From IMG/VR virus record IMGVR_UViG_3300037247_000847, positions 1-64,000 of that record: a stretch of DNA of 64,000 nucleotides. The stretch is one strand, 5' to 3'. This DNA comes from a virus. The notes under the pieces were generated by a model. It worked only from the letters and a program-made list of their open reading frames with translations, was not told the DNA's origin and did no database searches. Made by a program: the position numbers and the translations under genes. Positions 14,275-22,318 of the stretch are shown piece by piece (position 1 is the first letter of the stretch; each line of letters opens with the position of its first letter).

Positions 14275-14957
14275 TGGGAGATAACCTAGGACGACGACGT
14301 GAGTTTACTTTTTTACCAGATAGTGAGATTGTTAAGACTATGTCTGAGACTATTTTAGTAGTAGGACAAAAGGCTGCTAACCCACCAGTGATGCCAAAAC
14401 CTGATCGCTTTGCTCTGTCCTTAAAAGTTGTGCGGCGTTGGGAAGGTGGTCTAGTTGATCACCCTTCTGACCCTGGTGGTATTACCAAGTGGGGCATTTC
14501 ACTGCGCTTCCTCCGTGCTATTGGTATTGATATTAACGGTGACGGTGTAATTGATGGTAGAGACATTAGGTCTTTGAATGAGAAGCAGGTTGAGAAGCTC
14601 TATCACGATCACTTCTGGTCAAAGTGTCATTGTGATTTTCTACCTGCTGGTGTTGATCTTGCTGTATTCGATTGTGGAGTGAACCAAGGACCAAACCGTG
14701 CGAAGGGGTTCCTCCAGAAAGCTTTGAAAGTCAAGGTTGATGGAAGAGTTGGTCCTATTACGCTCGCTGCTGTTGATAAGGCTGATCCTGCTGAGTTGTT
14801 GGGTGAGTTCATGGTCAGACGAGCTGTACACTATTCTGGTCTAGTAAACATGACCATATTTGGTCTAGGTTGGTTTAGGAGGATCTTTGATATTTACCGA
14901 GAAGCATTGGCTGTATTGAATACTAGTGATAATTTAACAGAAGAGGTGTTGAAATGA
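14274..14957 (+). CDS. endolysin, glycoside hydrolase family 108 with peptidoglycan-binding domain and a portal-derived N-terminal extension
   Basis: WEGGLVDHPSDPGGITKWGIS, FDCGVNQG, DGRVGPITL, FGLGWFRR. Confidence 0.9.
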   Translation: MGDNLGRRREFTFLPDSEIVKTMSETILVVGQKAANPPVMPKPDRFALSLKVVRRWEGGLVDHPSDPGGITKWGISLRFLRAIGIDINGDGVIDGRDIRSLNEKQVEKLYHDHFWSKCHCDFLPAGVDLAVFDCGVNQGPNRAKGFLQKALKVKVDGRVGPITLAAVDKADPAELLGEFMVRRAVHYSGLVNMTIFGLGWFRRIFDIYREALAVLNTSDNLTEEVLK

Positions 14958-15418
14958 CTATAGTGGATGGAATTGCGCGGGATATTGAGAGTATATTTGA
15001 TAGTATCACATCAGATAGGGAGGGATGGGAGCTAATATCTGCGCTACAAGAGGTTGTCGAGGCCCAGGTGAAAAGGGTCGAGGAGAAGGCGTGCGGTAAA
15101 TTCTCCAATCCAGCGAGTGTGAAGTCCTGCTGTCGAGCTACTGTAGTGAAAATAAAAAAGTTTAGTTGTGCTGAGTTGAGAGAAGGTGACGAGATAGTTT
15201 GTGATGACTGTGATGGGCAGATGGTTTGGCGTGAGGGAGCTTGGAGCGTAAATGATCAACGAAGCCGAGCTATGAGATCTTTTACCTGTGATTATAATAT
15301 TGGTGGTGGAGGTGATCCGTGTTGGGTTCAGAGAGGACAAGAATTTGTTTGGAGCCCTTGGTCGGAGGGTTTTCGCTATTGTGTACCACATTTTAAAGAA
15401 ATCTTAAGTGAAGATTAG
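14954..15418 (+). CDS. Cys-rich hypothetical protein
   Basis: ATGA overlap, GAGG SD, several CxxC-like clusters. Confidence 0.65.
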   Translation: MTIVDGIARDIESIFDSITSDREGWELISALQEVVEAQVKRVEEKACGKFSNPASVKSCCRATVVKIKKFSCAELREGDEIVCDDCDGQMVWREGAWSVNDQRSRAMRSFTCDYNIGGGGDPCWVQRGQEFVWSPWSEGFRYCVPHFKEILSED

Positions 15419-15435
15419 AGTAGGAGAATTGGAAA

Positions 15436-15750
15436 ATGACTGATAAATATATGACAGCAACTGAAGTACAAGTCAGGATGAAGGAATCACTCAAACGTTT
15501 TCCAACTCCTAATTTTAATGGTATAATAAATGATATTGCCAGGAGATTACGACGGATAGCTCTTCAAGATGCATTACAAGGTTCATCTCAAGATCGTTTG
15601 AATTATTGTTTCGGTAGAGCAACTGCAAAACCAATTACTGATTTAGCATGTTATGGTACAGCTGTGTATGATCCAAACAAGCTGAGTGAATTGGCTATCA
15701 GGTGGTTCATACGTCTAGAGCGTTTGGCTCGGGGAAAAACAAAATGTTAG
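15436..15750 (+). CDS. small protein made of portal-like motifs
   Basis: MTATEV..R.KE and DL..YGTAV match the portal at 32072-33757. Confidence 0.7.
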   Translation: MTDKYMTATEVQVRMKESLKRFPTPNFNGIINDIARRLRRIALQDALQGSSQDRLNYCFGRATAKPITDLACYGTAVYDPNKLSELAIRWFIRLERLARGKTKC

Positions 15751-15995
15751 AATTTACTCGTCGAAAGTTTATGTGTTTAACTCCAGTCTCAATTGGGGCA
15801 GTTGCTTTGGGAGCTGTGGTTCTGCCGGAGATCACTCCACCGAAACGTAAAGTTACTGAGGCGATGTTAATCGCTGGTCAAAAGGCTGCTAATCCTCCTT
15901 TAATATATGGGCCAAATACTTTCTCAGGTGGTGTTTCATACACCGACTTTGAAAAGATTGGTGATCAATTGTTCTCTAGGGGAGAACTAGAATAA
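15744..15995 (+). CDS. small protein with twin-arginine-like N-terminus and a portal-like motif
   Basis: TRRKFM plus hydrophobic stretch, then LIAGQKAANPP...NTFSGGVSY.D. Confidence 0.7.
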   Translation: MLEFTRRKFMCLTPVSIGAVALGAVVLPEITPPKRKVTEAMLIAGQKAANPPLIYGPNTFSGGVSYTDFEKIGDQLFSRGELE

Positions 15996-15998
15996 ACA

Positions 15999-17252
15999 AT
16001 GGATCTGAGTATTAAGGTTGCAGAGATATTTAGACCTCTCCTGTCTCCGTCAAGATACAAAGGTGCACACGGCGGACGAGGGTCAGGTAAGAGCCATTTC
16101 TTTGCAGGAACTGCAGTCGCACTCTGTATACAATCTCCTGGGTCTCGCATCGTCTGTGCACGAGAGGTTCAGCGATCATTGAGAGACAGTGTAAAACTTC
16201 TCGTCGAGGACAAGATAAGAGAGTTTGGAGTTGAGAATCATTTCAAGATCATGTACGATCATATCAGAACTCCAGGACAGGGTCTGATCGTCTTTCAGGG
16301 ACTACAGGATCATACAGCAGAGAGTATTAAATCTTTAGAAGGATTTGACGCTGCATATTTAGAAGAGGCTCACACGATCACCAAGAGATCTCTTGAGCTA
16401 CTTCGACCAACGATCCGGAAGCCTGGATCTCAGATATGGGCGTCTTGGAACCCAAGACTAGCGACTGATCCAATCGATACACTGTTGAGAGGAGAGTTCC
16501 CTCCTCCTAGCTCGATTGTCGTCAAGGCAGACTGGAGAGACAATCCCTGGTTCCCTGAGTCTTTAGAGGAGGAGCGATCCTACGACGAGATAGTCAATCC
16601 AGTGCGTTATGCTCATATTTGGGAGGGTGAGTACGAACCACAAGTCGTCGGTGCACTCTGGAACCGAGAGATGATCATAGCAGGGAGGGTGAATGCTCCT
16701 CCTCATCTCAAGAGAGTTGTGATTGGGGTTGACCCTCCTACATCGTCTGAGGAGGATGCAGATGAGTGTGGGATCATTGCTGTAGGTTTAGGTGATGACG
16801 GACATGGTTATGTTCTAGCTGATGAAAGTATTCAAGGTAAACCTGAAACTTGGGCGAGACGTGTTGTAGCTCTCCATGATATACTCGAAGCTAATACTGT
16901 TGTAGCAGAGGTGAATCAGGGTGGGGATATGGTTGAACATACGATTCACTCTGTTAGAAAGGCTGTTAGGGTCATTAAGGTTCGTGCGATTAAAGGTAAG
17001 GTTCTGAGAGCAGAACCTATCAGTGCTCTTTATTCATTAGGGAGAATTCATCACGTTGGATCCTTCCCCAAACTCGAAGGTCAGATGTGTCAGATTACCT
17101 CAGATGGATATCACGGTAATGGATCGCCGGATCGTGTTGATGCTATGGTATATGGATTAACTAATTTGTTTGGACCTATGACGCGTCGTCCTCTCCCTCC
17201 AGGAGCTTCAAGACCTAGTCGAACGGTAGCAAGAGCTGGAATGAGGGTGTGA
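15999..17252 (+). CDS. terL: terminase large subunit (PBSX-like ATPase plus RNase H-like nuclease)
   Basis: HGGRGSGKS Walker A, AYLEEA Walker B, SWNP, IGVDP, EVNQGG, SPDRVDA. Confidence 0.95.
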   Translation: MDLSIKVAEIFRPLLSPSRYKGAHGGRGSGKSHFFAGTAVALCIQSPGSRIVCAREVQRSLRDSVKLLVEDKIREFGVENHFKIMYDHIRTPGQGLIVFQGLQDHTAESIKSLEGFDAAYLEEAHTITKRSLELLRPTIRKPGSQIWASWNPRLATDPIDTLLRGEFPPPSSIVVKADWRDNPWFPESLEEERSYDEIVNPVRYAHIWEGEYEPQVVGALWNREMIIAGRVNAPPHLKRVVIGVDPPTSSEEDADECGIIAVGLGDDGHGYVLADESIQGKPETWARRVVALHDILEANTVVAEVNQGGDMVEHTIHSVRKAVRVIKVRAIKGKVLRAEPISALYSLGRIHHVGSFPKLEGQMCQITSDGYHGNGSPDRVDAMVYGLTNLFGPMTRRPLPPGASRPSRTVARAGMRV

Positions 17253-17446
17253 TGATTAGATCTAAATGTTATAGACATATTTGGACTAAGCTGGTTGCAA
17301 CGGTGATATCACCAGTGTATCGAGAGGATGGGATGATAATTACTCGTCCAAATGTGAGATGTAAGTTTTGTAATGTTAGTTATGATAAGTATTTCAGTGT
17401 CTCTCGGTCTGATGATGATCTTCCTCGTGATACTCTAACAAATTGA
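17249..17446 (+). CDS. hypothetical protein (CxxC)
   Basis: GTGA overlap with terL. Confidence 0.5.
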   Translation: MMIRSKCYRHIWTKLVATVISPVYREDGMIITRPNVRCKFCNVSYDKYFSVSRSDDDLPRDTLTN

Positions 17447-17453
17447 GGTGTAG

Positions 17454-17648
17454 GTGGTGTCAATAGGGAAACGTAGTGGTATGAAGTTTATTGCTGAGGT
17501 AAGTAAGAGGGGTAAGTTGTTAGTGTATGAAGATCTTATTTTTGTTATTCGACCTAATTGTCCTATTTGTGAATTAACTGCTGATGGGCTCAGAGAGATA
17601 AACTATGTGCCTCCAAGCTTACTCGCTCATGTTGAGTATGTGTTATAG
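17454..17648 (+). CDS. small protein with tail-tubular-B-like N-terminal motif
   Basis: GAGGT SD; KRSGMKFIAEV resembles RRPGTRFVAEV of 51701-55324. Confidence 0.55.
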   Translation: MVSIGKRSGMKFIAEVSKRGKLLVYEDLIFVIRPNCPICELTADGLREINYVPPSLLAHVEYVL

Positions 17649-17762
17649 TGTACTTGCAGTATGCTCCAGTGGATGTTGTGAAGAGGGAGCATTTTTCACT
17701 AACAGAGTGTTAATCCTAACGTGTGCGTGTGAGCGCGTGCGTAAGGGAGAACTAGGAGGAGA

Positions 17763-17975
17763 GTGATTATGAGGTTGTTTTTCTTTCACAGATATTCTTG
17801 GGACAACTGCGCAATTAGTCTCGCAGGAGGATTTGATTTACGAGTTCTGAAGTGGTGGTTCACCTTTGTACCAAAAGCAATCAAATGGAGTAGACCGAGT
17901 TATTGGTATGTGTCGCGTGATGCTACTCCTAAGACATCTATTGTAGGTAGTCGCTGCAGATATTGGTCGCCGTAG
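17763..17975 (+). CDS. hypothetical protein
   Basis: AGGAGGAG SD before GTG. Confidence 0.55.
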   Translation: MIMRLFFFHRYSWDNCAISLAGGFDLRVLKWWFTFVPKAIKWSRPSYWYVSRDATPKTSIVGSRCRYWSP

Positions 17976-18223
17976 AGCCTAGACCTATTTTTAGACCCAC
18001 TAGGACATACTGTAGACCAACTTCTTACCTCAGAATAGGGTATTCGCCCTTGAAGTCGTCGTCGTTGGTCTACGTCATGTCCTAGAGCTGTATAGTTAAT
18101 TGTGGAGTGTAGAGAGCACTTGTGGTTGCGGGATGCTCGTAAGCACGGCGGATGAGGCGGCGTCACTGGCATCGCAGCTTTCGGTTTCGGACGTATCCGA
18201 GTTGTCAGATCCACAGTTACTTC

Positions 18224-18312
18224 AAGTCGTCGTAAGTCGGCGCCACTGGCGTGTTCTGATGTGGTCTGGTCTGGTCAGCCTTGAAGTCGCAAGTCGTCGT
18301 CGCAAGTCGGCA
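18224..18312. repeat. clustered AAGTCG(TCG) repeats
   Basis: AAGTCGTCGTAAGTCGG...AAGTCGCAAGTCGTCGTCGCAAGTCGG in the convergent intergenic region. Confidence 0.55.
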
Positions 18313-18379
18313 CCCTATCCAGGATCCGTATGCGTATAAGAATAACCAGTTAACGTAAGCGACGCGCCAAAATGCGGGC

Positions 18380-18418
18380 AAAGAAAAACCCCACGAAGCT
18401 TTCGCCGCGTGGGGTTTC
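18380..18418 (-). terminator. intrinsic terminator
   Basis: Minus strand GAAACCCCACG cggcgaaagctt CGTGGGGTTTTTCTTT. Confidence 0.8.
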
Positions 18419-18423
18419 AAGGT

Positions 18424-18738
18424 TTAGCCACCTTTCCCTTCATCCATTTCGGCTTTCAGGACGAGGCAGAAGTAGGAAATTGCATCATACCACATTCCGT
18501 AGGTGGTAAGAACCGTTTCCATTTCGACGTTCTTGACGACTTTTCCATCGATGACGTAAACTTCGCGTACCGTAACACGGCCAGGGTCTTCTAGCTTTTC
18601 ACCTTCGACCATTATTAACGCCTGACCTTCTTCAATATCCAGCGGAATATTAGCAAGGCCTGGATCGTTTTCGTAAACTAGCCGTGGTTCGCAATACGGA
18701 TTTTGGATATCAATCATGTAGTAGTATCGGGTTTCCAT
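18424..18738 (-). CDS. acidic hypothetical protein, candidate immediate-early gene
   Basis: AAGGGG SD; followed by a terminator. Confidence 0.7.
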   Translation of the reverse strand: METRYYYMIDIQNPYCEPRLVYENDPGLANIPLDIEEGQALIMVEGEKLEDPGRVTVREVYVIDGKVVKNVEMETVLTTYGMWYDAISYFCLVLKAEMDEGKGG

Positions 18739-18756
18739 AGCGTTTCCCCTTTCGGG

Positions 18757-18786
18757 AAAAGAAGGGGCGGCGCTAACCGCCCCTTC
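18757..18786 (-). terminator. intrinsic terminator/attenuator
   Basis: GAAGGGGCGG ttagcg CCGCCCCTTC TTTT. Confidence 0.75.
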
Positions 18787-18806
18787 AAAGGTTTCGGGGA
18801 AACTAT

Positions 18807-19175
18807 CTAGCTAAGGCTTACCCGACCTTGCGAAATTTGCGCCCGGATAAACTTTCGCCGCCCGCGAAACCCCTTCGCCTTTTGCGCCGCCAAACAAGCG
18901 GAAACCGTTTGGCCGGTTTTGAAACAAGGCGCGCGGGAAGGGATTTCTTTTCCCTTCAATACGCGAAGCTTCGAATCGTTACCAAAATCGGAAAGGGCTT
19001 TTCCGCCGCCGGTACGGACTTTTCCGTTTGTCCTACCGTTAGCCTTAGAAGCCTTGCGACCCTTCGAAGTCTTGCGGGAAGCCTTGGCGGTCCGCTTAAC
19101 GGCCTTGCGGCCCCTTTGCGCCTTTGCCTTCGCCTTGGAAGGCTTGCGGGTTTCGGTTTTGGTTTTGGTAGTCAT
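18807..19175 (-). CDS. Lys/Arg/Ala-rich histone-like protein, candidate immediate-early gene
   Basis: 122-aa ORF after a strong promoter and GAAAGG SD; followed by a terminator. Confidence 0.75.
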   Translation of the reverse strand: MTTKTKTETRKPSKAKAKAQRGRKAVKRTAKASRKTSKGRKASKANGRTNGKVRTGGGKALSDFGNDSKLRVLKGKEIPSRAPCFKTGQTVSACLAAQKAKGFRGRRKFIRAQISQGRVSLS

Positions 19176-19348
19176 AACAAACGCCTTTCGTAAGCCCGAA
19201 AGAAGTACGAAACGCCAAGGCCGGATTAAAACCGGGCAAGGCTTCGCCTTTTGTAACGGGCGGTATCAAATCGGAAATCCGCGGGTTTCGCCTTTGGCCC
19301 TACTACGGGTAAATCGCCGGGTACCTTTGGGCCGATTTGATAAATAAA

Positions 19349-19377
19349 ATACTACGCCCTAATTTGATTTTTTGCAA
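19349..19377 (-). promoter_or_regulatory. sigma70-type promoter
   Basis: TTGCAA-17 nt-TAGTAT. Confidence 0.8.
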
Positions 19378-19460
19378 GGGGATAGTGGATTTATTCGCGT
19401 ATTTTTGACATTTTATCGAAGGCGTATATTCGGGACTTTCGAAAGTTTTCCCTTTAGAAA

Positions 19461-19504
19461 TGGCGTGGCGTGGCCTGGCGTGATGTGGGATGGAATGGCG
19501 TGGA
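19461..19504. repeat. degenerate TGGCG pentamer tandem repeat followed by a G-run; candidate genome-terminus region
   Basis: TGGCG TGGCG TGGCC TGGCG TGATG TGGGA TGGAA TGGCG TGGA, then GGGGGGGCGGG. Confidence 0.6.
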
Positions 19505-19701
19505 TCCGGCCGCGAAAGTCGATGGGGGGGCGGGCTGCACGATGCCTCACTGATTTCCGTCTACCCAAATGCTAATGAAACCATCATCAGAAAACACTCC
19601 TTGGATCATAGTGAAAAGACAACCGCTAAGTCCAAATTTTTTGGAGATCCAGTGATAAGGAGACTGTATACGTCCCTAGGAATAGAATAGGAGCCTAACC
19701 C

Positions 19702-19911
19702 ATGGAACGACAATCAGTGTCTTCGTCCAATCTCTCGTCCGTAGGTTACGACGAGAGTACCGAAACCTTGGAAGTGCAGTTTCAAAATGGCTCTGTGTTT
19801 CAGTATCACGATGTACCGGCAGAAACCCACGGACAGCTAGTAAATGCTAGGTCGGTAGGGAGTTTCTTCAGCAGCAACATAAGAAATTCCTTTGCACACT
19901 CCAAACTCTAA
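19702..19911 (+). CDS. KTSC domain protein
   Basis: VSSSNLSSVGYD...LEVQF.NG..YHDVP...SVGSFF.NIR. Confidence 0.9.
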   Translation: MERQSVSSSNLSSVGYDESTETLEVQFQNGSVFQYHDVPAETHGQLVNARSVGSFFSSNIRNSFAHSKL

Positions 19912-19926
19912 ACACAGGAGATAAAT

Positions 19927-20052
19927 ATGCCACAACATCCAGGTTCCGGGGGACGTCCAAAGCCGAGACCAAAACCTGTCAAGAAACCGAAGCCTTTTTA
20001 TGCAGGTGATTGGGTAGATAAATTAAACGAAGCTATCGTGAAGAAATCATAA
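19927..20052 (+). CDS. 41-aa peptide carrying a major-capsid motif (not in the ORF track)
   Basis: AGGAG SD; MPQHPGSGGRPKPRPKPVKKPKPFYAGDWVDKLNEAIVKKS; TAATG coupling to the next gene. Confidence 0.75.
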   Translation: MPQHPGSGGRPKPRPKPVKKPKPFYAGDWVDKLNEAIVKKS

Positions 20053-20255
20053 TGGCAACAGTAGTCCCCTATAGTGCCAACAAACAACACGTGCGGCTGT
20101 TTGAGGTAGGAGACACCGCACGTGAAGGGCCTCATAAGACATTTACTCTAAACGCCGGTGAGATACCTGGCTACGAGATGGTACGCGAGGTGAGTGACTT
20201 TATTGGTTCTCCTACTGGTGAAGTAACTGGTGTTCTTACAATCACAGCTACGTAA
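20052..20255 (+). CDS. hypothetical protein
   Basis: Translationally coupled ORF. Confidence 0.6.
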   Translation: MATVVPYSANKQHVRLFEVGDTAREGPHKTFTLNAGEIPGYEMVREVSDFIGSPTGEVTGVLTITAT

Positions 20256-20269
20256 ACCTAATTTTTTGT

Positions 20270-20587
20270 ATGAACACTCTTTTTCGCCTGATGACTTTCC
20301 CTGCGGGGGCCTTTTTCATACTGGCCACCTGCGCCACGCCCGCGCTGACCCAGCCCTCACCGCAGACCTGTGACACCCGTGATAGGGTACTGGCTCATCT
20401 GGCCGCCAAGTACGCCGAGGCCCCGGTGGCGATCGGGGTCACCAACAAAGGAGCGTTGGTCGAGGTGTTGGCCACCAGCAACGGCAGCACTTGGACCATC
20501 ATCGTCTCGATGCCGAACGGCACCTCCTGTATAGTCGCCGCCGGCGAGGGCTGGCGCGGCATGGAGCGCGAGGAACCAGCCACGTGA
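20270..20587 (+). CDS. exported small protein with two Cys, of a type common in Alphaproteobacteria
   Basis: Signal peptide; C..R..V...L..KY.E.P...G; G.TWTII...PNG.SC..AAG.GW. Confidence 0.7.
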   Translation: MNTLFRLMTFPAGAFFILATCATPALTQPSPQTCDTRDRVLAHLAAKYAEAPVAIGVTNKGALVEVLATSNGSTWTIIVSMPNGTSCIVAAGEGWRGMEREEPAT

Positions 20588-20648
20588 TGACAGACCGAAT
20601 CAAGATAAAAGACGACGATGAATTCATATTTCCCACTGAGGACCGGGC

Positions 20649-20978
20649 ATGAACGACAAAATGAAGCAATTCGTCAACGGTGGTGCTCCGGCGCGCTTGC
20701 GGCATGTGCTCTCCCTTGCTGGGACGTTGCTCGCTGGAGCATTTGCCGTGGGGATGCTGTGGTCCGACGTGCTGGCGACGGAGAAAAAGGCCAACGATAA
20801 TTCTAAGCGCGTCCAGGCAATCGAAGCGTCTATTAACGAGGTCACGACGCAGCAACGGCTTCTCCTGCAAAGCTCGGAAACCGACCGAGCGCATAGTAAG
20901 GAATTCCGTGATAAGACCGCCCGCACGCTGGAGCGAATCCTCGAGCGATTGCCACGGTCGAATGGGCTACCACGATAA
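20649..20978 (+). CDS. membrane-anchored coiled-coil protein (holin/spanin-like)
   Basis: One TM segment followed by heptads. Confidence 0.5.
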   Translation: MNDKMKQFVNGGAPARLRHVLSLAGTLLAGAFAVGMLWSDVLATEKKANDNSKRVQAIEASINEVTTQQRLLLQSSETDRAHSKEFRDKTARTLERILERLPRSNGLPR

Positions 20979-21011
20979 TTATCCAGTCCAATTTTCACAG
21001 AGGAGATTACC

Positions 21012-21419
21012 ATGCAAAAGCTTTTCTGCGCCCTGGCCCTGTTTCTCCTCCTCGGTGGTTGCGCCACCTTTGAGAAGGGGGTCCTTGTTGCGAGACAGCA
21101 AGTTCTAACGAGCCCCGAGTTTGCAGAGATGACGCTCAAGGATGTGGAGAACGCAGGGAAGCTTGCACTCTTGACAGATGATAAGCTGTCAATCCTATGT
21201 TGGGACTATATCGAAGACTTTGTGAGAACACACGCTCCAGAGGCTGGGGTCGAGACTGGGGAGGTAGTCGGCCCCCTCTCAGCGTATCAGAAGGCTCGAA
21301 ACATCCGTCGCACTGTGGTTGATATTGAAATATCAGACCCCTTCCGAGTAGCTTGTGGTCCAATGCTAACAGACAGTATGTCTATGATTGGTAAGATTGG
21401 GATTAGGATTGCTCTATGA
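21012..21419 (+). CDS. lipoprotein
   Basis: LLLGGC lipobox; AGGAG SD. Confidence 0.75.
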   Translation: MQKLFCALALFLLLGGCATFEKGVLVARQQVLTSPEFAEMTLKDVENAGKLALLTDDKLSILCWDYIEDFVRTHAPEAGVETGEVVGPLSAYQKARNIRRTVVDIEISDPFRVACGPMLTDSMSMIGKIGIRIAL

Positions 21420-22300
21420 TAACTAATCCCGGTGTCTCGATCCGCGATGAATTAGTTTATCACCTGGACCGTAACGGCATGCCCAAGGGTGCCGGCTGGC
21501 ACAAACAGGCTTTCCCTTGGCTGGGGTTGTGTCAGCGAGCTCGTGGTACTGTACCACTCATCCTTGTTCATGGGTTCGGTTACGACCCTTGGGCAGCTAG
21601 TGATGATAACCCACACTATTTACACCAATCTGGTTTCGGCAAAATCTCGACCTTTGGTCTGTGGCGTCGTGACTTGATTCCAGAGCGCGCCGCTATTGGT
21701 TTTGGTTGGTATTCGGTACCTTTCGGTTGGCGGGGGTTATGGGGGTCCATCCGTCATCGTCGATGGAACAGATATAGATGGGCCTGGGACCTTGCTTGGG
21801 GGGCTGGAGGAGTAATGGCGACCATGCTGCGGCGTATGGATGGTCAGGTCGATGTACTGTGTCATTCACTTGGCTCGCGTGTGGTGCTGGCGGCGCTGGC
21901 TCAGGAGAGTGGACTGCCAGTTCGTAATATTCTGTTTATGAATGGGGCTGAATTCGCTAAGCCTGCACGGATTGAAGCGATGACTAATAGCCATATTAGG
22001 TTCGTGAACCTTGTAGTTAAGGAAGATGATGTACTGTCCAAACTCGATACTCACTTTGCGCCGGTATCTGGTCAAGGTCCACCTATTGGTCTCGACGGCT
22101 TGGGTGGTGCAACACCTGAAAACTGGATTGACATCGCGCTTGACGATCCGGAGGTCCAAGTCTGGGGCGCAAGCCACGGTTGGCACCTGCAAGGTGATAA
22201 TCCGAAGCAATATGCTGATCATTGGTTTACTTACAAACATAAGGGTAATCGTGGTCTGATCCGTGCAGCGTTAGATAGTGAGATTTTAAATCCACCCTAA
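21416..22300 (+). CDS. alpha/beta hydrolase (lipase/esterase-like)
   Basis: LVHGF oxyanion motif, CHSLG nucleophile elbow, DDVL, late His. Confidence 0.8.
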   Translation: MITNPGVSIRDELVYHLDRNGMPKGAGWHKQAFPWLGLCQRARGTVPLILVHGFGYDPWAASDDNPHYLHQSGFGKISTFGLWRRDLIPERAAIGFGWYSVPFGWRGLWGSIRHRRWNRYRWAWDLAWGAGGVMATMLRRMDGQVDVLCHSLGSRVVLAALAQESGLPVRNILFMNGAEFAKPARIEAMTNSHIRFVNLVVKEDDVLSKLDTHFAPVSGQGPPIGLDGLGGATPENWIDIALDDPEVQVWGASHGWHLQGDNPKQYADHWFTYKHKGNRGLIRAALDSEILNPP

Positions 22301-22318
22301 CTTTGAGAAGGTGAAACG

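Noticed and set aside
14340-14387. Diversity-generating retroelement template/variable repeat pair with the portal
   Set aside because: Only two differences, not adenine-specific, and no reverse transcriptase in the window
14954-15070. Further portal mimicry in the 154-aa ORF (SDREGWE, ALQEVV)
   Set aside because: Matches to this phage's portal are too short to separate from chance
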